Shown here: one piece after another, positions 8,733 through 18,964 of the stretch
Layout: the number at the start of each line of letters is the position of its first letter
Numbering within the stretch: position 1 is the first letter of the stretch
Source: Candidatus Oxydemutatoraceae bacterium
GTDB taxonomy: Bacteria; Pseudomonadota; Gammaproteobacteria; Poriferisulfidales; Oxydemutatoraceae
Length of the DNA stretch: 64,000 bases
Assembly: GCA_965220085.1 (NCBI GenBank)
Contig: CBDCOZ010000003.1
Coordinates: 576,001 to 640,000 of the forward strand
Direction of reading: 5' to 3'
Position numbers and translations under genes: made by a program
The notes under the pieces: model-generated
Told to the model about the DNA's origin: nothing
The model's database searches: none
Seen by the model: only the letters and a program-made list of their open reading frames with translations

Positions 8733-10806
8733 TGGGAAACATACTTTATATACAAACCACACAGGAGTAATACGATGAACAGACAAATTTTTAATACTGC
8801 CCCAGACTGGCGGGCAACGCTCGCCCGGCGCAGCCTCCGGTCACTTATTCTGCCGGCCCTGTTTGTTATCTGTGCACAGGCGCAGGCGCAGAACGCCACC
8901 GGGGAACCGGGCGTCACGGCGGCCGACAGCGCCAACCTGACCATGGTCGGCCCCAATGAGGACAGCCAGTTGACCGCGGCCCGCGGTAGCATAATGGATG
9001 CCGATAGCATCACCACTTTCACGCCCGCCTGGGCATGGCAGGAGGCCGATGCCCCGGCCAGCGGCGCCCCCATGGACAACGCCTACTCCGCCATAGCCGG
9101 GGCAACCGCCGCCACTTTCACGCCCCTGCAGGCCCATGTCGGCAAGTTCATCCGCGTCTGTGCCACCTTTGACGATGACGGCGGCAACAGCGAGACCCGT
9201 TGCTGGACCTCCGTCGCTGCTGTGGTTAATGTCAACGATGCGCCGGTTGGCCTGCCCAATACCATTTATGTGCCGGCGGGCGGCAATTACACTTTTTCGG
9301 TGGCCGACTTTCCCTTTATCGATGAGGACGGCGACAGTCTAATCATAGCGGGAGTGGGCACGCCCACCAAAGGCACTTTTACCTTCAACGGCAATCCATT
9401 CACCACGGCCAATTCTGATTTCACGCTCGCCCGACTAACCGGCGCAGTTGGCTACAGGCCGCCCGCCGATGCGGGGCCCATGTCCGGCTATGCCACCTTT
9501 GAATGGGCTCCAACCACCAGGGACATCACAGCGGGCAACCTCGACAGGACGACAGTGCTTATCACCATAGATTTGGTGTCGGCCACGGCATCGGCGGCCA
9601 TGGGCGCGCCGACGGTGACGGCGGCAACCGGCATCGCCTACCACGAAGGCGTGGAACTGACCGCCAGCACAGGCACCGTATCCGATGCCAACGGCATCCC
9701 CACCCACACCCGTATCTGGCAATGGCAACAGTCCGCCGCCCAGGCCGGCACATACGCCGACATCCCCGGGGCCGCCGATGTCACTTTCACCCCCCTGCAG
9801 GCCCGTGTCGGCCGATACATCCGCGTCTGCCTCCGCTTCACCGACGGCATAGACGATGACGAGGGTGGCACCGCCGCTTCCCCGACGCTGTGCTCCGCCG
9901 GCGCCGTCATCGCCAGAACCAATTCGGTGAGTGTGCCGACTGCCGCCGGCGAATCAGGGCCCTACGAGTTCAAGCCATCCGACTTCATGTTCCCGGGCGA
10001 TGTCGGCAACCTGCAAAGCGTCACCATACGCACCGCCATAGCATCCGACAAGGGCATATTGCGCAACGGCGCCACCGCAGTGACCGCCGGCGCCACAGTG
10101 ACCGCCGCCGCCCTGCGCAACGGCGACCTCACTTTCTATCCCGCGGGCAGATTCGCCGCCACCCCCAACTACGCCAGTTTCACCTTCACCGTGAACTATG
10201 GCGGCGGCATAAACACCGGAATCCGCACCATGCACATACATCTGGTGGAGCATCTGCGCTTGCGGCTGCGCCTTTTCCTTGAAGGCCCGTTGCGGTAATG
10301 GGAAACACACTTTATGCACAAACCACACAGGAGTAATACGATGAACAGACAAACTTCTAATACTGCCCCGAACTGGCGGGCAACACTCGCCCGGCGTGGC
10401 CTCCGGTCACTTATTCTGCCGGCCCTGTTTGTTATCTGCGCTCAGGCGCAGGCGCAGAACGCCACCGGCACACCGGCGGTCACAGCGGCCGACAGCGCCG
10501 ACCTGACCATGGTCGGCCCGAATGAGGACAGCGCACTGACTGCGGCCCGCGGCACCATTAACGATGACGATCGCATCACCACTTTCACGCCCGCCTGGGC
10601 ATGGCAGGAGGCCGATGCCCCGGCCAGCGGCACCCCCATGGACAGCGCCTACTCCGCCATAGCCGGGGCCACCGCCGCCACTTTCACGCCCCTGCAGGCC
10701 CATGTCGGCAAGTTTCTGCGCGTCTGCGCCACCTTCGATGATGACGGCGGCAACAGCGAGACCCGATGCTGGACTTCCGTTGCGGCGGTTGTCAACACCA
10801 ATGATG
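8688..10806 (+). repeat. About 550-bp direct repeat pair (8688-9240 and 10254-10806)
   Basis: Same offset (1566) for the motif-coding sequence and the start codon; covers motif, stop, intergenic region, RBS, leader and first Ig module. Confidence 0.9.
8775..10298 (+). CDS. Secreted modular Ig/cadherin-like protein with C-terminal LEGPLR motif (member 2)
   Basis: RBS AGGAG, leader MNRQIFNTAP, signal peptide ending AQAQAQ, four Ig/cadherin-like modules, ends LRLRLRLFLEGPLR. Confidence 0.9.
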   Translation: MNRQIFNTAPDWRATLARRSLRSLILPALFVICAQAQAQNATGEPGVTAADSANLTMVGPNEDSQLTAARGSIMDADSITTFTPAWAWQEADAPASGAPMDNAYSAIAGATAATFTPLQAHVGKFIRVCATFDDDGGNSETRCWTSVAAVVNVNDAPVGLPNTIYVPAGGNYTFSVADFPFIDEDGDSLIIAGVGTPTKGTFTFNGNPFTTANSDFTLARLTGAVGYRPPADAGPMSGYATFEWAPTTRDITAGNLDRTTVLITIDLVSATASAAMGAPTVTAATGIAYHEGVELTASTGTVSDANGIPTHTRIWQWQQSAAQAGTYADIPGAADVTFTPLQARVGRYIRVCLRFTDGIDDDEGGTAASPTLCSAGAVIARTNSVSVPTAAGESGPYEFKPSDFMFPGDVGNLQSVTIRTAIASDKGILRNGATAVTAGATVTAAALRNGDLTFYPAGRFAATPNYASFTFTVNYGGGINTGIRTMHIHLVEHLRLRLRLFLEGPLR

Positions 10807-11474
10807 TCAGGGCCGTGCCCAGCAGTGTTGATTTCGCCATCGGTCGCACATCCCGCTTTCGTCTGAGCGACTTTCGCCATGAGGACGAAGAGGGCGATGA
10901 TTATGAGATAAATTCCATGATACTGACGGGGGTGCCCTCACGCACTCTCAGCATCGATGGGGCGCTGAATACACAAACTAATATATCTTTATTCCTAAGC
11001 GACTTCGCTTCAAACCGCGGCGGACTCACATACACACCGCCCGACACAGCCACTGTCGGCAGCAATCGCCTCAGCTTTAATTTCCAAGTGCTTGCCACCG
11101 GCTTTCAAGCAGGCCCTGTCGCCGCCATGACCGTCAATCTGGCGGCCAACAGCGCGCCCGATTTTGGCGATGCATCGGTGGGCACCCGTATTTGGCCGCC
11201 CGGCGCTGCGACCGCGCCTCTGGTATTGCCCGCAGCCACCGGCGGCAATGGCAGCATCGTCTACGGCATAAGCCCGGCCCTGCCCAATGGCCTCGCCTTT
11301 GATGCGGCCACCCGCACCATCAGCGGCACACCCACGGCGGCATCCGCCGTCTCCGAACACACCCTCACCGCCACCGATGCCGATGGCGACAAGGGTACGC
11401 TGCCCTTCGGCATAGACCCGATGCACCCCGTGCGCTTGCGCTTGCGCCTTTTCCTGGAAGGCCCCCTGCGGTAG
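10341..11474 (+). CDS. Secreted modular protein with putative Ig (He_PIG-like) domain and C-terminal LEGPLR motif (member 3)
   Basis: RBS AGGAG, leader MNRQTSNTAP, N-terminal ~155 aa nearly identical to member 2, LPAATGGNG..PALPNGLAFDAATRTISGTPT..TLTATDADGD domain, ends VRLRLRLFLEGPLR. Confidence 0.9.
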   Translation: MNRQTSNTAPNWRATLARRGLRSLILPALFVICAQAQAQNATGTPAVTAADSADLTMVGPNEDSALTAARGTINDDDRITTFTPAWAWQEADAPASGTPMDSAYSAIAGATAATFTPLQAHVGKFLRVCATFDDDGGNSETRCWTSVAAVVNTNDVRAVPSSVDFAIGRTSRFRLSDFRHEDEEGDDYEINSMILTGVPSRTLSIDGALNTQTNISLFLSDFASNRGGLTYTPPDTATVGSNRLSFNFQVLATGFQAGPVAAMTVNLAANSAPDFGDASVGTRIWPPGAATAPLVLPAATGGNGSIVYGISPALPNGLAFDAATRTISGTPTAASAVSEHTLTATDADGDKGTLPFGIDPMHPVRLRLRLFLEGPLR

Positions 11475-11583
11475 CGCGAATCCCCTGCGGCGGCGAACAT
11501 GATATTTGCCCCGGGTGTCCGATATGTCTTGGCATCCTGCGACCGTTTGCCTGTCGTTTGCCTGTTGCCATCGCTTGGCATAA
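11437..11583 (+). repeat. 147-bp direct repeat, left copy
   Basis: Matches 14115-14261 with about 4 mismatches by eye. Confidence 0.93.
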
Positions 11584-11822
11584 CAAGCATCTGGCGCACT
11601 TCGGCGCACACGATGACTACGCCCGCCGCCGGGCGCACCCTAGAGCGACACCACCCCGTCTATCTTTGCCAATCAGCGCCCATATGGCAAGAAGCCGCTT
11701 GCCCCGAAACTCCCGACGGGCGATGGTGAGTTCAATTCACATGGGAGGAGCTATGCCGGAAACACGCCTGGAATGGGGAATGCTAAATTTTGCGGAGTCA
11801 AAGTGTTCGCTATAATGCCGCC

Positions 11823-12791
11823 ATGAGCAACAAGGCAAAAGAGAGTACGGTGGCGCTTGCCGAATCCATCCTGACGCGGTGGACGGATTCGTTTCCGGTC
11901 CGCAAACGGGTCAGCCGCGGCAATGTCGCCGGAGGACTCGTTCTTTTGGAGCGGTTGAAAACCGGCTTCAATTTGGACATTCGGAGTCATATGACGCCGA
12001 ATGGATTCCAACTGAAAGGGGCGACGGCGGTCAAGGTCGGGGAAATTCTCAAGCGGCACGGGGAAACCCGCCCGCTGGCGAAAGAGGGCGGACGCACCAA
12101 TCGCGGACTGCTCGCCAATTTGAGCCGTCTGCTGGAATTGCTGAAAGCGGAAAAGGTCGGCGCGCTGTCCGGCGCGGCGCGGAACAATCTGCTGGACGCG
12201 ATGCAAAGCGGATTGGCGCGGCGAGCAGCGGAACTGCTGAACGCGAAAAAACTCCCGTTTCATTTCCCGTGCGCAACAACAACCCGAAGCGCCTTGCGCC
12301 GCATTTTGGACGAGGCGAAAGCCCGCGGCAAAGAGGGGGAGGTTGCGCAGCATCTGGTCGGCGCGAAACTTGCGCTGCGATTCCCGAACATCAGCATTGA
12401 AAACCGCCCCGCCAGCGCCGCCGATGAATCGGGCGGACAAGCGGGCGACTTTCTCGTCGGCGACACAGTGTTTCATGTCACCGTCGCCCCCAATACGGGG
12501 CATTACGACAAGTGCGCCGAAAATCTGGACGCGAATCTCCGCGTCTGCCTTTTGGTCTCCAACGGACTGTTGTTTGGCGTCCGCCAATACGCGCACGAGC
12601 GCTTCGGCGACCGCGTCGCGACGGAATCCTGCGAATCGTTTGTGTCGCAAAACATAGAGGAACTGTCCGAATTTTCCGGCGACAAGATTCGCGACGGCTT
12701 TCTGCGCCTGATGGAAACATACAACAAGCGCGTGCGCGAGGCGGAAACCGACTTGTCCCTGTTGATTGACATTCCGGAGTCCGGCAAATGA
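11823..12791 (+). CDS. DUF4928-like protein, putative restriction endonuclease
   Basis: GEVAQHLVGAKLALRF, GDFLVGDTVFHVTVAP and ESFVSQNIEELSEFS resemble DUF4928 proteins (recognised from memory). It overlaps the methyltransferase (ATGA) and has TATAAT at 11811. Confidence 0.7.
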   Translation: MSNKAKESTVALAESILTRWTDSFPVRKRVSRGNVAGGLVLLERLKTGFNLDIRSHMTPNGFQLKGATAVKVGEILKRHGETRPLAKEGGRTNRGLLANLSRLLELLKAEKVGALSGAARNNLLDAMQSGLARRAAELLNAKKLPFHFPCATTTRSALRRILDEAKARGKEGEVAQHLVGAKLALRFPNISIENRPASAADESGGQAGDFLVGDTVFHVTVAPNTGHYDKCAENLDANLRVCLLVSNGLLFGVRQYAHERFGDRVATESCESFVSQNIEELSEFSGDKIRDGFLRLMETYNKRVREAETDLSLLIDIPESGK

Positions 12792-13894
12792 CCGCCGCCA
12801 CCCCGCTGACCGCCGTTGAATACTTCGCCGGAATCGGCCTGACGCGCATGGGCTTGGAGCGCGCCGGATGGCGGGTGACATACTCCAACGATTGGAACCC
12901 GGAGCGGGAAAAAATCTACGCGGGATTTTTTTCCAAGAGTTACGAAGTGCGGGATGTCTTTGACATATCGCCGTCCGAGATTCCCAAATCCCTGCTGGCA
13001 ACCTGCTCGTTTCCGTGCGTGGACTTGTCGCTGGCGGGAAAACTGAAGGGGATTAACGGCCCGCATTCGGGCGCGTTTTGGGGGTTTCACCGGCTCCTGC
13101 GGGCGGGCGGCGAAAACACGCCGCCGTTGGTTCTGCTGGAAAATGTCTCCGGCTGGCTTTCCTCAAACAACGGCAGGGACTTTCGCGCCGTGATTGACGC
13201 GCTTAACGGATTGGACTACGCCTGCGATGTTTTCATGCTGAACGCGCGGCATTTTGTGCCGCAAAGTCGCCCGCGTGTTTTTGTAATCGGCATGCGCGGG
13301 GCTCCTAACGCAAGCGCCAATGACTTTCGCCTGCGCGGTCCGGATTTGACTCCGGCAAGAATCGCGGACGCGATTAAGCGCAATTCGGATTTGCGCTGGC
13401 AAATGGCGGACATTCCCCCGCCTCCGCCGCTGATGAATTCCGGTTTGTCGGCGGAGATTGTTGAGCGGCTGGCGGACGACGATGCGAGGTGGTGGCCGCG
13501 GGAGAAAGTGCGGAAGCATTTGGACATGATGTCGCCGCGTCATCGCAAAATGGTTGACGAATTTGCGGCGAATGGAAAGCCGGTTTGTCGGGCGTTTTTC
13601 CGCCGCCGCCGCGCGGAGGGTCAGCGCGCCGAGGTCCGAAGCGACGATATTGCGGGCTGTTTGCGAACCGCCATTGGCGGAAGCGGCAAGCAGTTTTTGG
13701 TCTTGGCCGGGCGGGGCGGCGTGAAAATGCGGACGATGACTTCGCGCGAATACGCCCGATTGCAGGGCGTTCCGGATTCCTTTCCCATTCGCGCCTCTTC
13801 CGAGCGGCGGGCGCTGGACGCTTTCGGCGACGCTGTATGCGTTCCGGCGATTGAATGGATTGCCCGCAACATTCTCGCGCCATTGACCCATTGA
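12788..13894 (+). CDS. dcm: DNA (cytosine-5) methyltransferase
   Basis: Motif I EYFAGIG, motif IV SFPCVDLS, motif VI LLENV, motif VIII PQSRPRVF, and REYARLQG. Confidence 0.95.
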   Translation: MTAATPLTAVEYFAGIGLTRMGLERAGWRVTYSNDWNPEREKIYAGFFSKSYEVRDVFDISPSEIPKSLLATCSFPCVDLSLAGKLKGINGPHSGAFWGFHRLLRAGGENTPPLVLLENVSGWLSSNNGRDFRAVIDALNGLDYACDVFMLNARHFVPQSRPRVFVIGMRGAPNASANDFRLRGPDLTPARIADAIKRNSDLRWQMADIPPPPPLMNSGLSAEIVERLADDDARWWPREKVRKHLDMMSPRHRKMVDEFAANGKPVCRAFFRRRRAEGQRAEVRSDDIAGCLRTAIGGSGKQFLVLAGRGGVKMRTMTSREYARLQGVPDSFPIRASSERRALDAFGDAVCVPAIEWIARNILAPLTH

Positions 13895-14065
13895 CGACAC
13901 CTAGCCACCCTGCCAGACAAGATTGGAGGCAAGTGACAATGTCCGCCGAAGGGGTCACGAGGGCGGCTGCTTGGCGGGGATGTCGCGCTTTCCGCCCTTT
14001 TTCGCCATTCCGGGGTCGCGGAGGGAAATTGACCGCGTCAAAATTCAATTGCGCGAAAAGTTTGA

Positions 14066-14152
14066 CGCGAGGCCGCCGCCGATTCCATCCTCACCATCAA
14101 TCTGTTGCATGCTCTGCGCCTGCGCCTTTTCCTGGAAGGCCCCCTGCGGTAG
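14066..14152 (+). pseudogene. Orphan 3' remnant of a LEGPLR-family gene
   Basis: Translates as REAAADSILTINLLHALRLRLFLEGPLR-stop with no start codon; in-frame TGA at 14063. Confidence 0.85.
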
Positions 14153-14261
14153 CGCGAATCCCCTGCGGCGGCGAACATGATATTTGCCCCGGGTGTCCGA
14201 TAGGTCTTGGCATCCTGCGATCGTTTGCCTGTCGTTTGCCTGTTGCCATCGCTTGGTATAA
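14115..14261 (+). repeat. 147-bp direct repeat, right copy
   Basis: Matches 11437-11583. Confidence 0.93.
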
Positions 14262-14334
14262 GATGATGGCTTGTATCTGTTTTAATTATTGGCATTTGTG
14301 CTTGCGACGCCCGTAGCGCCTTATCTTCATCGTA

Positions 14335-17256
14335 ATGAGTTATCACCCCGATACCGCCGGCCCGAATGGCGGCAAACTGCCTCAGTTTGAAAACCACGCG
14401 GCGCAGGAAACCAAATATACGACCTGCTATATGTGCGCTTGTCGTTGCGGCATCAAGGTGACCCTTGAAGACAATCGGGTTCGTTTTATTCAAGGCAACA
14501 AAAAGCATCCGGTTAACCGCGGGGTTCTGTGCGCCAAGGGCAACGCCGGAATTATGAAACAGACCTCGGCGGCAAAGTTGCAAAAGCCGTTGTTGCGCAA
14601 GACCGGCAGCGAGCGCGGGGCGGGAGAGTTTGAAGAGATTTCATGGGACAAGGCGCTGGATATTCTGACTGTGCGCTTGCAAAAAATCCGCGACAGCGAC
14701 CCTAAAAAGTTGGCTTATTTTACCGGTCGCGATCAGATGCAGGCGTTGACGGGGCTGTGGGCGCAGCAGTTCGGCACGATAAATTGGGCCGCTCACGGCG
14801 GGTTTTGTTCGGTCAATATGGCGGCGGGCGGGCTCTATACGATGGGGCATTCGTTCTGGGAGTTCGGCGATCCCGATTGGGACAGAACCAAGTATTTCAT
14901 GCTCTGGGGAGTGGCGGAGGATCATTCGTCTAACCCGATAAAGATCGGTCTTGAGAAACTCAAGCGGCGCGGGAGCAAGTTTGTTGCGATCAATCCGGTG
15001 CGCACGGGTTATCAGGCGATTGCCGATGAGTGGGTGCCGATCAAGCCGGGCACCGATGCGATGTTGGCGCTGGCCATGGCGCATGTGCTGCTCAAACGCG
15101 AGTTGTTTGATTGGGAGTTTTTGTTGCGTTATACCAACGCCGCTTATCTTGTTCTGGATAAGCCGGGCGAGAAAGACGACGGTTTGTTCTATCGCGATGC
15201 GCGACAGCGGCCGCAGGTGTGGGATATGCAAAGCGACGGGGCGGTCTCTGCGTTTGCTGCCGGTGTCAAGCCGGCGTTGTTCGGGGCGTATGAGACGGCG
15301 GACGGCGACAAGGCGCGCACGGCGTTTTCCTTGCTGGCGGCAAAGTATCTGGATGCGGCTTACGCGCCGGAGAATGCCGCCAAGGTGTGCGGTATCGGGG
15401 CCGATGTGATCGAGCGGCTGGCGCTTGAGTTGGCGCATGTCGCGTTTAAGGAGACGATAGAGGTCGATTGTGCGTGGACCGATTGGGCGGGGCGCAAGCA
15501 CGACAAGTTCATCGGGCGTCCGGTTTCCATGCACGCCATGCGCGGCATCTCGGCGCATTCAAACGGCTTTCAAACTTGCCGCGCGATTCACCTGTTGCAG
15601 ATATTGCTCGGTTCCATAGATTGCCCGGGGGGGCACCGCGCAAAAGCGCCGTATCCGAAACATGTGCCGCCGCCGCTGAAGCCGGCAAAGGATACCAAGC
15701 GGAATACGCCGCTGTCGAATCCGCCGTTGGGTTTTCCGACTGCGCCGGAGGATTTGGCGGTGGATGAGCGGGGCCGGCCGTTGCGCATTGACAAGGCCTA
15801 TTCGTGGGAGGCGCCGTTTGCCAATCACGGGATGATGCATATGGTTATCACGAATGCGGCGAACGGCGATCCTTACCCGATCGATACGCTGTTGCTTTTC
15901 ATGGCGAATATGAGTTGGAATTCGTCTATGAATACGGCGAATATCCGCGAGATGCTGAAGTCCAAGGATGAAAACGGCGGGCATAAGATTCCGTTTCTTG
16001 TCGTGGTCGATGCGTTTGATTCCGAGATGGTGCGGTTTGCCGATTTGGTATTGCCGGATACGACTTATCTGGAGCGCTACGACACGATCTCTATCCTCGA
16101 CCGTCCGATTTCCGATCCGGATGCGGTGTGCGATGCCATCCGCGCGCCGATTATGCGGCCGAACCGCGATGTGCGGCCGTGGCAGGAGGTGATGGTTGAG
16201 TTGGCGGGGCGGTTGAAGTTTGATGCCTTTGTCAATGCGGATGGCAGCCGCAAATATGCGTCGTATAAGGACTTCGTGATTAATTTTGAGAAGGCGCCGG
16301 GGCTTGGCTTTTTGGCCGGCTGGCGCGGCAAGGACGGGGAGAAGTCCATCCGCGGCGAGCCGAATCCGAAGCAGTGGGAGGCGTATGTGGAAAACGAGTG
16401 CTTCTTTCGCTTTGAGTTGCCCGAGCATATGCGCTTTTATCGTTTTGCCAACAAGGATTATCTGGAATTTGCCAAAGAGGCGGGTTTTAACGGCAGCGCC
16501 GAGCCGATCATTATTGAACTTTATTCGGAGCACTTGCAGAAGTTTCGCCTTGCCGCGCAGGGGGCAAGCGACGGGCCGCAGCCGCCGACCGCCGCTTTGC
16601 GCGAACGGGTGGGACGCTTTTTTGATCCGCTGCCTTTCTATTATCGTCCGCTTGAGCAGGAGCGCTTGGCGGGCGCTCGGGATGCGTACCCGTTTTATGC
16701 GATTACGCAGCGCCCGATGATGATGTATCACTCGTGGGATTCGCAAAATGTGTGGCTGCGCCAGATTGTGGCGAGCAACTTTTTGTACATGAACCGGAAA
16801 AGAGCGGAGGCGATGGGCATAGAGGATCTGTCGTGGGTGTGGATTGAGTCCCATAACGGCAAGGTGCGCGCGCAGGTCAAGTTGATGGAGGGCGCGCAGG
16901 AGGATACGGTCTGGACGTGGAATGCGATCGGCAAGGAACGCGGCACTTGGGGGCTTGCGCATGATGCCAACGAGTCCAATCGGGGGTTTTTGTTGAACCA
17001 TTTGATCAGCGAGTTGTTGCCGCAAAAGAACGGCGGCGATGAGCGGATGACAAATTCGGACCCGGTGACCGGGCAGGCTGCGTGGTACGACTTGCGGGTC
17101 AAGATCTATCCGGCCGACGCCGCCGCCGCGAGCAGCTGGCCGATTTTCGGCCATGGCGAGTCCGCGGCGGAGGGGGCGAAGGTGATGCGCTACCACACGC
17201 ATAAGGCGATTAATCTGTGCCGTTCGTTTACGGATGTGCTGCGCAGGAAGGGCTGA
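14335..17256 (+). CDS. soeA: Sulfite:quinone oxidoreductase molybdopterin subunit
   Basis: TTCYMCACRCGI, GVLCAKG, AAHGGFCSVNMAA, MHAMRGISAHSNGF, SDPVTGQAAWYDLRV; no Tat signal; ABC operon. Confidence 0.9.
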   Translation: MSYHPDTAGPNGGKLPQFENHAAQETKYTTCYMCACRCGIKVTLEDNRVRFIQGNKKHPVNRGVLCAKGNAGIMKQTSAAKLQKPLLRKTGSERGAGEFEEISWDKALDILTVRLQKIRDSDPKKLAYFTGRDQMQALTGLWAQQFGTINWAAHGGFCSVNMAAGGLYTMGHSFWEFGDPDWDRTKYFMLWGVAEDHSSNPIKIGLEKLKRRGSKFVAINPVRTGYQAIADEWVPIKPGTDAMLALAMAHVLLKRELFDWEFLLRYTNAAYLVLDKPGEKDDGLFYRDARQRPQVWDMQSDGAVSAFAAGVKPALFGAYETADGDKARTAFSLLAAKYLDAAYAPENAAKVCGIGADVIERLALELAHVAFKETIEVDCAWTDWAGRKHDKFIGRPVSMHAMRGISAHSNGFQTCRAIHLLQILLGSIDCPGGHRAKAPYPKHVPPPLKPAKDTKRNTPLSNPPLGFPTAPEDLAVDERGRPLRIDKAYSWEAPFANHGMMHMVITNAANGDPYPIDTLLLFMANMSWNSSMNTANIREMLKSKDENGGHKIPFLVVVDAFDSEMVRFADLVLPDTTYLERYDTISILDRPISDPDAVCDAIRAPIMRPNRDVRPWQEVMVELAGRLKFDAFVNADGSRKYASYKDFVINFEKAPGLGFLAGWRGKDGEKSIRGEPNPKQWEAYVENECFFRFELPEHMRFYRFANKDYLEFAKEAGFNGSAEPIIIELYSEHLQKFRLAAQGASDGPQPPTAALRERVGRFFDPLPFYYRPLEQERLAGARDAYPFYAITQRPMMMYHSWDSQNVWLRQIVASNFLYMNRKRAEAMGIEDLSWVWIESHNGKVRAQVKLMEGAQEDTVWTWNAIGKERGTWGLAHDANESNRGFLLNHLISELLPQKNGGDERMTNSDPVTGQAAWYDLRVKIYPADAAAASSWPIFGHGESAAEGAKVMRYHTHKAINLCRSFTDVLRRKG

Positions 17257-17259
17257 GAT

Positions 17260-17982
17260 ATGAAGTTGGGATTGGTCATAGATCTTGATACTTGCGTCGG
17301 CTGTAATGCGTGTGCGGTGGCGTGCAAGCAGTGGAATGCTTCGGGCATGACCGGCCCGTTGACCGATTATCAGCCTTACGGCAAAGACCCTTCCGGGGTG
17401 TGGTTCAATCGTATTCGCAACTATGAGGCGGGGGATTATCCGACCAGCAAGACGGTGCATTTTCCGATGTCGTGCATGCATTGCGAGGATGCCGATTGTG
17501 TGACGGTGTGTCCGACGGGCGCGTCGTATAAGCGCCCCGAAGATGGCATCGTGCTGGTGGATCAGGACAAGTGCATGGGTTGCAATTATTGCGCCTGGGC
17601 TTGTCCTTACGGCGCGCGCGAATTGGACCGCGAAGACGGCGTCATGAAAAAGTGTACCTTGTGTTTGGATCGCATCTACGATGAGCATCTGCCCGCCGAT
17701 GAGAGACAGCCGGCGTGCGTGATGACGTGCCCCGCTCACGCCCGCTTTTTTGGCGATTTTGACGACCCCGAGTCGGAGGTTTCAAAATTGACGCGAGAGC
17801 GGGGCGGGAATCAGTTGATGCCGGAACTCGGCTATCAACCGACCAATCGCTACCTGCCGCCGCGCGAGGTCAAGCCGTCTATGCGCCATGATGCGCCGGT
17901 CAAAGCGGATGTGTCGGGCGCCGACAAACAATCTGTCATGGAGCGGATTGTGGGATGGGCGAATCGCATCATTGCGGTGTAG
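17260..17982 (+). CDS. soeB: Sulfite oxidoreductase 4Fe-4S subunit
   Basis: LGLVIDLDTCVGCNAC and further Cys clusters (CMHC..CVTVCP, CMGCNYCAWACP, CTLC..CVMTCP). Confidence 0.9.
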   Translation: MKLGLVIDLDTCVGCNACAVACKQWNASGMTGPLTDYQPYGKDPSGVWFNRIRNYEAGDYPTSKTVHFPMSCMHCEDADCVTVCPTGASYKRPEDGIVLVDQDKCMGCNYCAWACPYGARELDREDGVMKKCTLCLDRIYDEHLPADERQPACVMTCPAHARFFGDFDDPESEVSKLTRERGGNQLMPELGYQPTNRYLPPREVKPSMRHDAPVKADVSGADKQSVMERIVGWANRIIAV

Positions 17983-17997
17983 ACGGACTGGGACACC

Positions 17998-18939
17998 ATG
18001 CATCCGGCGCTTTCCGTCATATTTTTTACCGTCGCATCCGGCATAGGCTACGGGTTTTTCTGTGTCCTTGGCATCGTCGGCATCTTTTCGCCGCTGCGCG
18101 ATGAACTCGTTATATGGGGCGGCGCGATAGCGCTCGCTCTGATCACGCTCGGCTTGATTTCTTCGACCGGGCATTTGGCGAATCGGAAAAATGCCTGGCG
18201 CGCGTTTTTCCGGCTGAGGACTTCCTGGCTTTCGCGCGAAGCGGTGTTGGCGATTCTGTTTTATCCGGCAGCGGCTTTGTATGGCGCGCTTTTCGTGCAA
18301 GGCCAGGGGTTGCCCGGCGGGGTGTTGTGGACTGTGTCGTCCGCTCTGTTGGCGGCGTTTTCTGTCGCGATTATTTTTTCTACCGGCATGATATACGCTT
18401 GTTTGAAAACGATTCGGCAGTGGAATACGCCGCTGACACCGGCGAACTATTTGTTGTTTGCGGTGTTGCACGGGCAGTTGTTATTGCTGGCGACGCAAGG
18501 GACGGCGCTTCCCGATGCGAACCTGTTTCTGCCGACCGTGTTTGGCTTGGCGTTCCTTTTTGTCGGCTTGGTGACGAAGGCGATCTATTATGTTTGGATC
18601 ACGCCGCCGGCGGGGCCGACGATCAATACCGCCACCGGTTTGACCGGCGCGACAGTTCGTTTGCTGGATGTCGGACACACGGCGGGCAATTTTTTGACCG
18701 AGGAGTTCGGCTACGAGTTGTCGCCCAAGTTGCGCACGGTGTTGCGTCTCGGTGTTTTTGCCTTGTGTTTTATTGCGCCCGCAATCATTCTTATCGCGGT
18801 GCTCGGCGGGCATTGCGGCGGCGGCTGCGCGGTGGTTGCTTTTCTGCTTTCCGTGGCGGGCATGTTGGTCGAGCGGTGGTTGTTTTTTGCCGAGGCTTGC
18901 CATGTCGTAAACCTCTATCACGGCGCGCCTCATACTTGA
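17998..18939 (+). CDS. soeC: Sulfite oxidoreductase membrane anchor (DmsC/NrfD-like)
   Basis: MHPALSVIFFT, SWLSREA, TGMIYACLKTIRQW, ERWLFFAEA.HVVNLY. Confidence 0.9.
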   Translation: MHPALSVIFFTVASGIGYGFFCVLGIVGIFSPLRDELVIWGGAIALALITLGLISSTGHLANRKNAWRAFFRLRTSWLSREAVLAILFYPAAALYGALFVQGQGLPGGVLWTVSSALLAAFSVAIIFSTGMIYACLKTIRQWNTPLTPANYLLFAVLHGQLLLLATQGTALPDANLFLPTVFGLAFLFVGLVTKAIYYVWITPPAGPTINTATGLTGATVRLLDVGHTAGNFLTEEFGYELSPKLRTVLRLGVFALCFIAPAIILIAVLGGHCGGGCAVVAFLLSVAGMLVERWLFFAEACHVVNLYHGAPHT

Positions 18940-18964
18940 TACGGATATTTCTCGGACGCAGACG

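Noticed and set aside
6722-11474. Diversity-generating retroelement or shufflon explanation of the repeats
   Set aside because: No reverse transcriptase or site-specific recombinase in the window. Repeats are direct, and the differences are not obviously adenine-specific.
15559-17739. Long antisense ORFs (726 aa here; also 51552-53204, 56523-58043, 18791-20155)
   Set aside because: Shadows of well-supported genes in GC-rich DNA, with no recognisable motifs.
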